In this document: positions 9,481 through 20,800 of the stretch, one piece after another
Position numbering within the stretch: position 1 is the first letter of the stretch
Layout of the letters: each line of letters starts with the position of its first letter
DNA from: Kiritimatiellia bacterium
GTDB taxonomy: Bacteria > Verrucomicrobiota > Kiritimatiellia > RFP12 > UBA1067
Reading direction: 5' to 3'
DNA: 64,000 bases
NCBI GenBank assembly: GCA_017514235.1
Contig: JAFWKK010000016.1
Location: 2,221 to 66,220 of the forward strand
The notes under the pieces: model-generated
Seen by the model: the letters and a program-made list of their open reading frames with translations, nothing else
Databases searched by the model: none
What the model was told of the DNA's origin: nothing
Made by a program: the position numbers and the translations under genes

Positions 9481-10226
9481 ACATCGGCTTCCTGCATGTC
9501 AGGACGTATGGCGTCCTGATGGCGACTGGGTTCCTGGTCTGCTGGTGGCTCATTGAGAAGCTGAGCGGGCGCAAGGATCTCTCCAACCTGCTCATGGCGC
9601 TGATGATCGGCGGCGTCATCGGCAGCCGGACAGCCTACGTCATCGAGCACTGGAAGGCCGAATTCGCGTCCAATCCGGCGGCGATCGTCCGCGTCGACCA
9701 GGGCGGTCTCATGTTCTACGGCGGGTTCGTGCTTGCTTTTGTGATCTTCTTCGTCTGGTGCCTAGTCCGGAAAGAACATCCGCTTAGGCTGGCGGACCTG
9801 CTGTCGGCGGTCCTGCCGCTCGGCCATGCGTTCGGGCGCATCGGATGCTTCTTCTACGGGTGCTGCTACGGGCGTGACTCTACGGCCTGGTGCGCCGTCA
9901 CTTTCCCGGCTGGAAGCCCTAGCTGGTACGAGCATGGCTGCCGGGCGGTGAGCGTGTTGCCGACGCAGCTTTTCGAGTCGGCGGCGCTGATGGCCCTGTT
10001 CGCGGCGCTGATGGCCCTGTGGCGACGGGGTGCACGCGACCGTCCGGGTCTCGTGACAGGCGCTTACTTGATCGGATACGCGGCAATCCGCTTTGGCATG
10101 GAGTACCTGCGCGGGGATCCGAGGGCGGCGATAGGTCCGTTCAGCATAAGTCAGGCGATTTCCATCGGTATGGTTGTCGTGGGGGTGGGGTTCGTTGAAT
10201 GTTCACGTCATAATCGGCGCGGATGA
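9462..10226 (+). CDS. lgt: Prolipoprotein diacylglyceryl transferase
   Basis: MYPDLIDIGFLHVRTYGVLMATGF start and HAFGRIGCFFYGCCYG signature. It overlaps the upstream gene by 19 nt. Confidence 0.9.
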   Translation: MYPDLIDIGFLHVRTYGVLMATGFLVCWWLIEKLSGRKDLSNLLMALMIGGVIGSRTAYVIEHWKAEFASNPAAIVRVDQGGLMFYGGFVLAFVIFFVWCLVRKEHPLRLADLLSAVLPLGHAFGRIGCFFYGCCYGRDSTAWCAVTFPAGSPSWYEHGCRAVSVLPTQLFESAALMALFAALMALWRRGARDRPGLVTGAYLIGYAAIRFGMEYLRGDPRAAIGPFSISQAISIGMVVVGVGFVECSRHNRRG

Positions 10227-11181
10227 CTACCTCGTGAACGAGGCGGCCAAGCGCATAGTGGGCGACGGTGTCGGCCTGGAGGTTGTGGACTCCCTGAACG
10301 CTACGAACGCCGAGCTGCAGCTGACCGATCTCCGTGCGGCAGACGCCTCGTTCGAGACGCCGCCTTTCCTCGATCCGAAGAAGGTGACCTGGTGGAAGAA
10401 CGTGCACTTCCTTCCCGGCGGGAAGAAGGCTGTCGCCGATGAGGTGCGCTCTGCGCTCGAGAAGTTCGCCGTAAGGCTGGCCGCTGCGACGCTGCCTGAG
10501 AACCAGCACTTCATACTGTCAGGCCCGCACCTGCTGAAGACGTCCGTCTTCGCGAAACGCCTTGCGTCTGCGGTCGAGCTTGTGGTCTTCTCCGAGGACA
10601 GTCCGCGCGAGGCTGCCCGCGCCGCAGTCGTGCGCGCCATCGACTTCGCCGGCGGGATGGGGCTCAAGTTCGAGCCGGGCGCGGCTGAGCGATTCGTGGC
10701 GACAGTCGGCGGCGACGCTCGCTCTCAGATGAGCGAGCTCGGGAAGATGCGCGACTATCTCGGAGGAGAGTCGTCGGTCGTAACCGCCGCAGACGTGGCG
10801 GTTATCGCTAGCCCCGGCGTCGGCGTCGAGCCGGAGGTGTGGGACGTGACTGACGCCATAGGCCGGCGCGACATTGGCGCCGCGCTCGCGGCGATCCGGC
10901 GCTTCGAGCTGGGGACTGGCTTCGCAGTGTTCATGAGCGGCGTGATCGAGCGCTTCTTCCGTCAGCTCGTAGACGTGGCTGGCGGACGTACTTCAGGAAT
11001 GGCCCCGTATGCGGTCAGCAAGGCCAAGGGTTTCCTGCGGAACTGGTCGCTCCAGGAAGCTCGAATGGCGCGCTGGCGCTTCCTGATGTTGCGCGAAAGG
11101 GTGGTGACTGGAACGGCGAGCGGCGATGCGCTGGTTGTCAGCGAGCTCGTGCGCGCGATGCGAAAGGGGCGTGGACGGTGA
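10195..11181 (+). CDS. holA: DNA polymerase III delta subunit-like protein (start uncertain, TTG 10174 or 10195)
   Basis: About 330 aa. N-terminus NVHVIIGADDYLVNEAAKRIV and the overall HolA-like length and pattern. The call is weaker than for the neighbouring genes. Confidence 0.6.
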   Translation: MNVHVIIGADDYLVNEAAKRIVGDGVGLEVVDSLNATNAELQLTDLRAADASFETPPFLDPKKVTWWKNVHFLPGGKKAVADEVRSALEKFAVRLAAATLPENQHFILSGPHLLKTSVFAKRLASAVELVVFSEDSPREAARAAVVRAIDFAGGMGLKFEPGAAERFVATVGGDARSQMSELGKMRDYLGGESSVVTAADVAVIASPGVGVEPEVWDVTDAIGRRDIGAALAAIRRFELGTGFAVFMSGVIERFFRQLVDVAGGRTSGMAPYAVSKAKGFLRNWSLQEARMARWRFLMLRERVVTGTASGDALVVSELVRAMRKGRGR

Positions 11182-11891
11182 GCCGCGAGATGCTTACGCT
11201 TCGGCAGGCCGCGGCGCACATACACCTGTCAGAGAACGAGCTGCGGCACTGTGCGCAGCGCGGCGAGGTGGAAGCATTCCGGCGCGGCGACGACTGGTGT
11301 TTCGAGCACCGGACTTTGGACGAGTGGGCGCAGCGCGCGCTGTTGGCGGCGGGCGAGCGCGACCTTCGCACCAAGCACAGGTCGATGATGGACGAGGCCC
11401 GCCGCGATTCGCAGGCAGACTGGTCGGTCGCATCGCTCTTCGGCACGGCAACCATCGACCTGTCCGTCGGAGCGAAAGCCAAGGCCGGCATTCTGCGCGA
11501 CATGACCGACCTGGCCGAACGCGGCGGCCATGTCTACGATTCCGACGCTCTCTTCCGGGAGTTGCTGGCGCGCGAGGAAGCCGCCTCCACCGCCATCGGG
11601 GAAGGCGTTGCGCTTCTGCATCCAAGGTTCCACGACCCGTATCTCTTCGAGGAAAGCTTCATCGCCTACGGACGCACCGTGCGGCCTATCTTCTTCGGCG
11701 CGTCGAACGGCGAAGGCACCCGTCACTTCTTCCTGATCTGCTCCACCGACCACGCGCAGCATCTTCGCATTCTCGCCCGCCTTGCCGTGCTTGCGCACGG
11801 GACCGGACTGATGCCGTTGCTGGACGTTGCCGAGACAGCCGAGGACATCGTCTCCGCAGTCGCCTCGTGCGAGGCGGAGTTCCTGTCCTGA
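11178..11891 (+). CDS. Excisionase-type HTH fused to a PTS EIIA(Ntr/fructose type 2) domain
   Basis: GTGA overlap with holA. N-terminus LTLRQAAAHIHLSENELRHCAQRGEVEAFRRGDDWCF is HTH-like. The C-terminus has GEGVALLHPRF (EIIA-2 phospho-His context) and HFFLICS. Confidence 0.72.
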   Translation: MSREMLTLRQAAAHIHLSENELRHCAQRGEVEAFRRGDDWCFEHRTLDEWAQRALLAAGERDLRTKHRSMMDEARRDSQADWSVASLFGTATIDLSVGAKAKAGILRDMTDLAERGGHVYDSDALFRELLAREEAASTAIGEGVALLHPRFHDPYLFEESFIAYGRTVRPIFFGASNGEGTRHFFLICSTDHAQHLRILARLAVLAHGTGLMPLLDVAETAEDIVSAVASCEAEFLS

Positions 11892-11906
11892 CATGTGCGC
11901 ACCCCC

Positions 11907-12976
<1,070 letters not shown>

Positions 12977-13003
12977 CGGCGTGTCATTGAGACATTGCGG
13001 ACA

Positions 13004-13036
13004 AGAGACGGCTTTCGGGCCGTCTCTTTCCGTCTT
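13004..13036 (+). terminator. Intrinsic terminator after gap
   Basis: AGAGACGGC / GCCGTCTCT is a perfect 9-bp stem with a 6-nt loop, followed by TTCCGTCTTT. Confidence 0.75.
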
Positions 13037-13092
13037 TATGCGCCGTGCAGGGCGCCCCTTTGACACTTGCGCTTTACGTGACGGGGTCGATT

Positions 13093-13101
13093 TGCTATCA
13101 T
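13093..13101 (+). promoter_or_regulatory. Extended -10 box TGCTATCAT (nagA / glycan locus; leaderless)
   Basis: 7 nt between the -10 box and ATG 13109. It lies downstream of the gap terminator. Confidence 0.5.
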
Positions 13102-13108
13102 ACCTTTG

Positions 13109-14299
13109 ATGAAAGCGATTAAAGGAAGCTTTGTCATAACGGGCGCGCGGGTCGTGACGCCGGGAAGGGATCTAGGCGTGACGCCGGTGCGCGTAGAGGC
13201 GGGTCGAATCGCCGCCGTAGGCGCTGACGTCGCAAAGAAGGAAGGCGACGGGCTTGTCGAGGCGGATGGGCTGACGCTTCTTCCAGGGTTCGTGGACATA
13301 CATTCGCACGGCCGAGGCGGCGCCGACTTCTGCGATGCCACGGACGACGCATTCGACACGATCGGCCGTGGAAAGCTGAAAGACGGCGTGACCGGTTTTC
13401 TCGCGACAGGGCTGACGCGTCCCGAGGAGGAGCTTGCGGAACTCTGTAGCTGCGCCGAGCGCTACAAGAAGCGTGCAGAAGGCTCAAGTTGCCTTGGCGT
13501 CCACCTGGAAGGGCCTTTCTTCAACGCTGATATGGCAGGCGCCCAGAACCCGGCGTATCTCCGCAAGCCTGATGCGGCGTTCGTGAAACGCCTTGATTCA
13601 GTTTCGCCCGTGAAGAAGGTCTCGCTTGCACCGGAGTTGGACGGTGCCGAGGAATGCATACGCGAACTGACGGCGGCGGGGATCGTGACGTCTGGCGGAC
13701 ATTCCACTGCCGACTACGATGCGTTCGAGACGGCGCGCGCGGCAGGAATGACGCACCTTACGCACTTCTGCAACGCTATGATGCCGATCCATCACCTTCG
13801 CCCCACGATGGTGACTGGCGGGCTGCTTGCAGATGACGTGTACGTCGAGATAATCACGGACGGCGTGCACCTCTCCGACCCCATGATACGTCTCATCTCA
13901 AGGGCGAAGGGGCCTGGTCGCGTCATGATCATTACGGACGCGATGTGCGCTGCCGGCGAGCCGGACGGCATGTACTCGCTCGGCGGCTTGCGCGTCAAGG
14001 TGGAGCGAGGCAGGGCGACGCTGGCGGACGTGCCGTACGATCCGAAGGCAGTAGTCTCTAATGTCGCAGGGTCAGTTGCGCTCTTCCCCGACTGCTTCCG
14101 TCGCTTCGTGCGTGTCGCAGGCTGGCCGCTCCACGAGGCGGTCAAGGCGGCTGGATACAACCAGCTTCGCTCGCTAGGCATAATGGATCGCGGCGAGATC
14201 GCGCCGGGGCAGGTTGCCGACCTCGTGCTTCTTGACGGTTCACTGACGCCGCGTATTACGGTTTCTGGCGGAAACATAAAAACCTCAATAGAGACATGA
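13109..14299 (+). CDS. nagA: N-acetylglucosamine-6-phosphate deacetylase
   Basis: GFVDIHSHGRGGADF, HLEGPFF and LTHFCNAM motifs. The ATG lies 7 nt after the TGCTATCAT box. Confidence 0.9.
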   Translation: MKAIKGSFVITGARVVTPGRDLGVTPVRVEAGRIAAVGADVAKKEGDGLVEADGLTLLPGFVDIHSHGRGGADFCDATDDAFDTIGRGKLKDGVTGFLATGLTRPEEELAELCSCAERYKKRAEGSSCLGVHLEGPFFNADMAGAQNPAYLRKPDAAFVKRLDSVSPVKKVSLAPELDGAEECIRELTAAGIVTSGGHSTADYDAFETARAAGMTHLTHFCNAMMPIHHLRPTMVTGGLLADDVYVEIITDGVHLSDPMIRLISRAKGPGRVMIITDAMCAAGEPDGMYSLGGLRVKVERGRATLADVPYDPKAVVSNVAGSVALFPDCFRRFVRVAGWPLHEAVKAAGYNQLRSLGIMDRGEIAPGQVADLVLLDGSLTPRITVSGGNIKTSIET

Positions 14300-17200
14300 A
14301 TGAATGCTGCAATCGGCCATTTGTCATTTGCCGTCGCGTTGACGCTCGTGGCGGGGAGTCTTGACGCAGGCTTCTACCGCGTCGCTCGCGATGCCGACGG
14401 CGGGTGGCGGCTGACAGATCCCGCAGGGCGGCCGACCGTCTGGCTCGGCGTGGACCATGTGAAGTTCAACGGTTTCCGTTGCGAGGCGGACGGCAACCGC
14501 ATGCGCTACCGCGAGGCAAACATACGCAAGTTCGTAACACGTGCCGCATGGGCCAGCAATACGGTCGAGAGGCTTCGCATCTGGGGTTTCAACGCGCTCG
14601 GAGCCGGATGCGACAACGCCGACTTCAAGGGTTCCGGGCTGGGGCGCACGGTGTTTCTCGCATTGGGAGATTCGGCAACCTCGGGCAACGAGAACGATCA
14701 CGAGCATTATCTCGCAAGAAACCTTCACACGCCAGGCACCGCATTTCCGAACGTGTTCGGTCGCGATTTCGCGGAACAATGCGACCGCGCGGCGGCGAAG
14801 GCTTGTTCCGCCAACCGCGACGACCCGGAGGTGCTCGGCTACTTCATTGACAACGAACTCGCATGGGAAGGCCGCAACCGCGGCGCGACGCGTCCTTGGG
14901 GACTGTTCGACGCGGCGTGCTCCAAGCCGCAGGACAACACGGCGCGAAAGGCGGTTGACGCTTTCCTGTCAACGCATGGCCTTAAAGTCGGCGATGACAT
15001 TCCAATCTCGGTCAAGCAGGAATTCGTTGGCATCGTGGCGGAGAAATACTTTTCCGCGACAGTGGCGGCGATCCGCAGGCACGATCCAAACCATCTCGTG
15101 CTGGGTTGCCGCTTCGCTGGAGCAATCGTTCCCGATGCAGTATGGCAGGCGGCCGGACGGCATTGCGATATCGTGACGTTGAATGCGTATGCGCGGGCAG
15201 AGCTGGAGAAGGGCGAGGTGCTCCTGTGGTATCGTGACCGTTATCTCCCGATAGGTGAAGCGCTGTCAAGGGTCAGTGCGCTTGCGGACCGTCCTGTGAT
15301 GCTGACCGAATGGAGCTTTCCGGCGTTCGACGCAGGGCTTCCGTGCAGGTACGGTGCCGGACAGCGCTTCGACACGCAGATCGAGCGTGCCTGGGCGTCC
15401 GCGCTTTATGCGCGGACGGTGCTGTCGCTGCCGTGCATTGTCGGATATGACTACTTCATGTGGGTAGACATGCCGGCGAAGGGCATCAGCTACGGATTCC
15501 CAGAAGACACGAATTACGGGCTGGTGCGTGAAGACGGAACGGAGCACCGTGAACTGACGTCGGCTCTTGCGGAAGTGCAGAAGTCAAGGATGCGCGGAGT
15601 GTCCATGCCGGGAGGTGCGCGATTCAACGCGTCCGCACGCGACATCCTTGCCGTTTTGTACGATCCCGTGACTAACTCCGCTGCGCGGCCACCGTCATTT
15701 TCCTTCTCGAATGGCGCGTACCGCGTGAAGAACATCGCCGGACTTGAAATATCGGGACGTGTTGGCGGAAAATTTCCGATCGAGAGGATCGCCATGGACG
15801 GCAAGAATTACGGAAAGTTTTCCGCAATGCTCCAGACGCAGGGCGCGTTCAATCCGAAAGACCGCAGCGGATACAACATATCCTCGTATGGGATAAAGAA
15901 AATCGGCAGCGTGGAATGGCACGAATCGGCCGGGCGCGGCATGCTCTCGCTCATGTGCGATACGGGCGTTGCCATGCTTGAACTTGAAATCGGAATCGGA
16001 CCGGGAAGCCGCAACTTCATCGCCGAAGTGAAACGCGTAATCAACACAGGAAGCAAACCTATTGCCGTTAACGAGGTGTTGTTTTTGCCGTACTCACCGT
16101 TCACAAACGTGATTGAATCGGTCAAAAGGCCGACTCCGTCGCAGATGGAGATGGCACATTGTGCTTGTGCGTGGCTGGAGCGCGGCTCCGGCCGCTATCT
16201 AGGCGTGCTTACAGATTCGCCTTTTACGGAGGGGATGGACTTCTGGAAGGACAGGAGCGGAGGCTGGCATCCTGACGTGCGTTTCTCCCCAAACCGTCCC
16301 GCGCATGGCGGACGGCTCGTAATCGCGCCGGGCGAGTCGTGGATCCCCGAAGTGCCGCTCCATGCGCTCGTTCGGGCCGGCGCAGACGGCTCCGACGGAT
16401 GGAACACGTTCTCGCGCCGAATCCCCCGCGTTGCCGTTTCAGTTGATTTCTCGCGGACCAAAGGCAAGGTCAAGCCTGTGAACGGCGTGGGTCAGCCACC
16501 TTTCATCGGAAGGAACTACAAGCTAATCCCGTATCTGAAGGAAGCGCATGTCCCGTATTCGCGCCTTCACGATGTCGGCGGCGCCGTGACAGGACAAGGT
16601 CTGTACGTTGACATTCCAAATGTCTTCAAAGACTTCGATGCCGACCCTGCGAACCCCGATTCCTACTTTTTCGCATTCACTGACGACCTGCTCAAGGCCG
16701 TCGTCACGAACGGCATCGCGCCGTACTTCCGCCTTGGAGTGTCAATCGAGAACTATGCCAACGAACTTGGAGCGCGCAAGATATATCCGCCAAAAGACAA
16801 CCTCAAGTGGGCGAAGATCTGCGAAGGGGTCGTGCGCCATTACACCGAAGGCTGGGCTGGCGGCTTCAAGTGGAAAATCGACAATTGGGAGATATGGAAC
16901 GAGCCGGACGGCGAGGAGCCGCCGGAGCAGAACAGCATGTGGCGAGGCACGTTCGGACAGTATCTCGACCTTTATGGAACGGCCCTGAAACACTTGAAAA
17001 AGAAATTTCCGCACTTGAAGTTCGGAGCGTACGGCAGTTGCGGTTTCGAAGCGCTCTGCTCGAAGTGGAAGCCCGAACGCACCGCTCATCACATGCGCTG
17101 CTTCAACGAGTTTCTCGATTACGTGCAGAAAAACAGATGTCCGCCGGACTTCTTCTCGTTCCACTGCTACGGACCGTGGTGGAAGATTGAAAAGCAGGCA

Positions 17201-17722
17201 AACCATGCTCGGCGCGAACTGGACAAGGCCGGGCTAAAGGACGTTCCGCTTCACCTTACCGAGTGGCTTTCGTCGCACGGCAACGGAACTGCGCGGCAGG
17301 CCGCGCTTCTTGCCTATACGATCGTGCGCCTTCAGGGGTCTGTTGTCGATCTCGCGACGATCTACGACGCGCGTTGCAGCTCCGGCTTGTACAGTCCGCT
17401 CTTCGACCCTGCTGCGTGGGCTCCGCGAAAGGCGTATTATGCGTTCAGGGCGTTCGGGGATCTTTATGCCCTCGGCACGGAGGTGCGTACGGCGTGCTCA
17501 AGCAAGGATGTTGTGGCGCTGGCCGCAACAGGCAAAGGCGGCGAAGCCGCGATGATGGTGGTGAATCCGACCGACATGGCGGTGCCTTTCATATCTGATT
17601 TCGGCGGGCGTCGAGTCAAGTCAGTGCGCGTGACGGATGAAAGTCGCGACTGGTCCGAATCCGAACGTCCGGCCGTGCTCACCCCTTGGAGCGTATGGCT
17701 CTTCAGCCTTTCTAGGCATTGA
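14300..17722 (+). CDS. Secreted double glycoside hydrolase (two clan GH-A-like TIM-barrel modules; the C-terminal module is GH39-like)
   Basis: 1140 aa with a signal-like N-terminus. Module 1 has FIDNELAWEG (acid/base NE) and MLTEWSF (nucleophile E). Module 2 has WEIWNEPD and LHLTEWLS. Confidence 0.72.
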   Translation: MNAAIGHLSFAVALTLVAGSLDAGFYRVARDADGGWRLTDPAGRPTVWLGVDHVKFNGFRCEADGNRMRYREANIRKFVTRAAWASNTVERLRIWGFNALGAGCDNADFKGSGLGRTVFLALGDSATSGNENDHEHYLARNLHTPGTAFPNVFGRDFAEQCDRAAAKACSANRDDPEVLGYFIDNELAWEGRNRGATRPWGLFDAACSKPQDNTARKAVDAFLSTHGLKVGDDIPISVKQEFVGIVAEKYFSATVAAIRRHDPNHLVLGCRFAGAIVPDAVWQAAGRHCDIVTLNAYARAELEKGEVLLWYRDRYLPIGEALSRVSALADRPVMLTEWSFPAFDAGLPCRYGAGQRFDTQIERAWASALYARTVLSLPCIVGYDYFMWVDMPAKGISYGFPEDTNYGLVREDGTEHRELTSALAEVQKSRMRGVSMPGGARFNASARDILAVLYDPVTNSAARPPSFSFSNGAYRVKNIAGLEISGRVGGKFPIERIAMDGKNYGKFSAMLQTQGAFNPKDRSGYNISSYGIKKIGSVEWHESAGRGMLSLMCDTGVAMLELEIGIGPGSRNFIAEVKRVINTGSKPIAVNEVLFLPYSPFTNVIESVKRPTPSQMEMAHCACAWLERGSGRYLGVLTDSPFTEGMDFWKDRSGGWHPDVRFSPNRPAHGGRLVIAPGESWIPEVPLHALVRAGADGSDGWNTFSRRIPRVAVSVDFSRTKGKVKPVNGVGQPPFIGRNYKLIPYLKEAHVPYSRLHDVGGAVTGQGLYVDIPNVFKDFDADPANPDSYFFAFTDDLLKAVVTNGIAPYFRLGVSIENYANELGARKIYPPKDNLKWAKICEGVVRHYTEGWAGGFKWKIDNWEIWNEPDGEEPPEQNSMWRGTFGQYLDLYGTALKHLKKKFPHLKFGAYGSCGFEALCSKWKPERTAHHMRCFNEFLDYVQKNRCPPDFFSFHCYGPWWKIEKQANHARRELDKAGLKDVPLHLTEWLSSHGNGTARQAALLAYTIVRLQGSVVDLATIYDARCSSGLYSPLFDPAAWAPRKAYYAFRAFGDLYALGTEVRTACSSKDVVALAATGKGGEAAMMVVNPTDMAVPFISDFGGRRVKSVRVTDESRDWSESERPAVLTPWSVWLFSLSRH

Positions 17723-17827
17723 AGAACCTGACCGTGCATCAGCGCCATGATATGATACCTCCCTTTGGTTGCAAAGCGGCAAGATTATGACAAAATCATC
17801 TTTTCTCGGCAACGCACGGTGGATTTA

Positions 17828-17836
17828 TGGTATAAT
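17828..17836 (+). promoter_or_regulatory. Extended -10 box TGGTATAAT (five-module repeat protein)
   Basis: Lies in an AT-rich 170-nt intergenic region. A leader of about 55 nt carries AAGGAAA before ATG 17894. Confidence 0.6.
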
Positions 17837-17893
17837 GCATGCATGAAACATTGTATCACTTGTGTAATGTTATCTTAAATCAAAGCAAGGAAA

Positions 17894-20800
17894 ATGCAAA
17901 TGAAGAAGCTGATTGTGGCTGCTGCGTTGCTGAGCGCGGCCGAACTTTTCGCTGACGAGGCGTATATTCAGTCGGATGGAACGCAATCCATCAACACCGG
18001 CTACTACATCAACGCCAAGACGAAGATCGAAATCGACTTCCAGATGACGGAGATAACGTCGCAGGGGCGTCTTTGGGGGCAGAACGGAACAGGTTGCGGG
18101 AACATGGCAGTCGTCTATTTCGGCGACACGGCCAACAATTTCAAGATCGGCTACGGCAATGCCACCTTCAGCGGTGCGTTTCTGGCCGCGAACAACCTTG
18201 AGCGCAACACAATCATCTACGACGGCCCAGGCAACAAGGGATATCTCTATCAGAACGGAGCTCAAGTTGCGTCTTGCGACTTGACGGCTGCGCACAACGG
18301 AACCGCCACGTTCCCGATGTCAATCTTCGGGCAGAGTTCCAACGCAAAGGGAGCAGCGGCAAACGGTCTGGTAAAGATGAAACTCTACGGTTTCAAGGTC
18401 TATGAGGACGATGTCCTCGTCCATGACTACGCGCCGGCCTTCAGGGGCAGCATAACGGGACTTGTCGATACCGTGACGGGCACGTTCCTCTACGATACGC
18501 GTGCTTCTGGCGGTGCGTTGACGGGCAGCGGCAATCTTGTTGAGGTGGAAGACGATCCCTACATCGAATCCGACGGCACGAGCGCGATCAACCTTGGCAT
18601 CAGCGCCTCGCCCAAGCTCAAGGTCGAGATCGACTATGAACTTACAGACGTCACAGACCCGACGCCTGATGGCTCAAATCATTACCAGCAGCGTTTGTTT
18701 GGCGAGGATACTACCTCCGCAACCCCGCGCATGTCAGTATATGTCAACGGCAGCAAGATCATTGCCGTCGCGACAGGCGATGGTTGGGACGCGAAGTCAA
18801 CGGGCGTCACGGCAGACTTCAGGCGCCATACCGTAATCATCGACAATGTTGCAGCGGTGCGCGCCCTAATGACGGGCGTGACGACAAACTGGAGCGACAC
18901 CTGCACGGACGTCACCAAGTGTGCAACACGGCCGCTTGCTCTTCTCGGCAATACTGCCAACGATGCGGGCACCTCCTTCGCCAACCTTTGCAAAACCAAG
19001 GTCTATGGCTGTAGAATCTGGTCCGGCGGAACGCTTATCCGCGACCTCTCGCCGCGCAACATCGGCGGCACAGCGGGCTTCGAGGATCTCGTGACGGGCA
19101 GGTTCTACACGTGCAATGGCCTCACGGCGAGCGAGAATGCCTCGACCGAGCTTTCCGGTGCGTCGAGGGACGGCGATGCGTTTGTAGAGTCTGACGGCTC
19201 GTTCTACTCCGTCGTCAACACCTACTATTTCGTCAAGCCGAGCACGAAGATTGAAATCGACTACGCGCTCGCCGCCATCGTCTCCGGCGCCGGCGTACTT
19301 GGCGGCTACGGCGCGAACGCCGGGATTTCCACGATCCTCTGGTGCAACAGCACCACCAAATTCGTACTTGAGATGCGCGACGGGAACCACGACGCTACGG
19401 CGGACGACCTGCTCTCTCCGGCGATTCCGCTCGATCTCGCGCGGCACACGGCGGTGCTTGACGGTCCAGGACGGCATCTCTCGCTCTCCTCGCACGACGG
19501 GACGGTCGAGGCGGAGTCCGATTTCCATGAAAGCTGGACGCTAAACACGGCTCAGGCCAACTGGCCGGTGCTGCTCTTCGGGTTCGCGACTGATGCCTAC
19601 GGTCACAACAAGCAGCGCGCAAAAGCCCGCATCTATGGTGTGAAGTTCTATGAAAACGGCTCGCCCGTGCTGACGCTCACGCCGGCGGTCAAGGGCGGCG
19701 TGGCAGGCTTCAAGGACGGCGACGGCAACTTCTACTCCGGTGACGGCCTGATTGCCGGCGGCGCAGTCGAAACAATCGACGAGGATCCTTATGTCGAGAA
19801 CCCGGACGGCGGACGCTTCTTCGACACTGGCTACTACGTGACGAGCAACACGTGCGTCAAGGTCGATTACATGCCGCTCATGCAGCAGAATGGGCAGCAG
19901 TTCCCGTTTGAGGCAGGGGACTCCATCTCTGCGACAAACGCCAACAAGAAGATGTACATGCGCACATACGGCAACGGCAGCTCTGGGCAGGGCGACATCG
20001 CCTACGCCTGCGGTGGGCAGCTCTTCATAAGCACGAGCGTTCCCTATGCCCCGCATGTCCGCCGTCAGGTCACGCTTGACGCCTACAATCTCAAGTGCAA
20101 TGTCGAGACGGCTGGCGTTTTGGTCCGGGAGGTGACGATTGGCGCAATCGGAAGCGTGGCGCAGTCCAGCTCGACCTTGAAGCTGCTCAGCAACGCTGGC
20201 ATGAACTCGGGCAGCTGCAAGGCGCGACTCTATGGCGTTCAGATATACGAAGAAGGAACGCTCGTCCGCGATTACGTGCCAATCTGTCAGGCTGGATCAT
20301 ACGCGCTTTTGGACAAGGTGCAGGGCAAGGTGCTCGCCAAGGCGTCGAATTCGAAGGAATTCACGGGATATACCTCTAACAACGACCTCGACGACGCCTT
20401 CTTCACCGCGCCGATGCGCGCCGAGGACGCCTACATCGAGTCGGACGGTACGCAGGGCATCAACCTCGGCTACCAGACGACGCCGAACACGCGCTACGAG
20501 ATCGACTACGCGCTGACGGCCATTGTCGGACAGAACCGTCCCTTCGGCGAGGCGGGCGGCAATCTCAGCGCAGAACTTTACATTCAGGGCGAAGCAACTG
20601 GCTCCGGCAATGTGGCGTTTGGCGTCGGCGAAACGTGGAAAGGACAGTACACAAGCATGGGTGCAGACCTGAACCGTCATCTTGCTGTCCTCGACCTGGC
20701 CAACCATCAATGCGGATATAGTGGGAAAGGGATGTTTAAGTTTGGAACGGACGTCACTACCAAGAAGACAGCGACGAACCTGATGTGGCTCTTCGCCAAA

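Noticed and set aside
17845-17870. Partial palindrome CATTGTATCACTTGTGTAATG in the leader of the repeat-protein gene, considered as a possible operator.
   Set aside because: Only the outer CATT/AATG and a few inner positions are symmetric. It has no second copy in the window and no similarity to the conserved 40-nt element.
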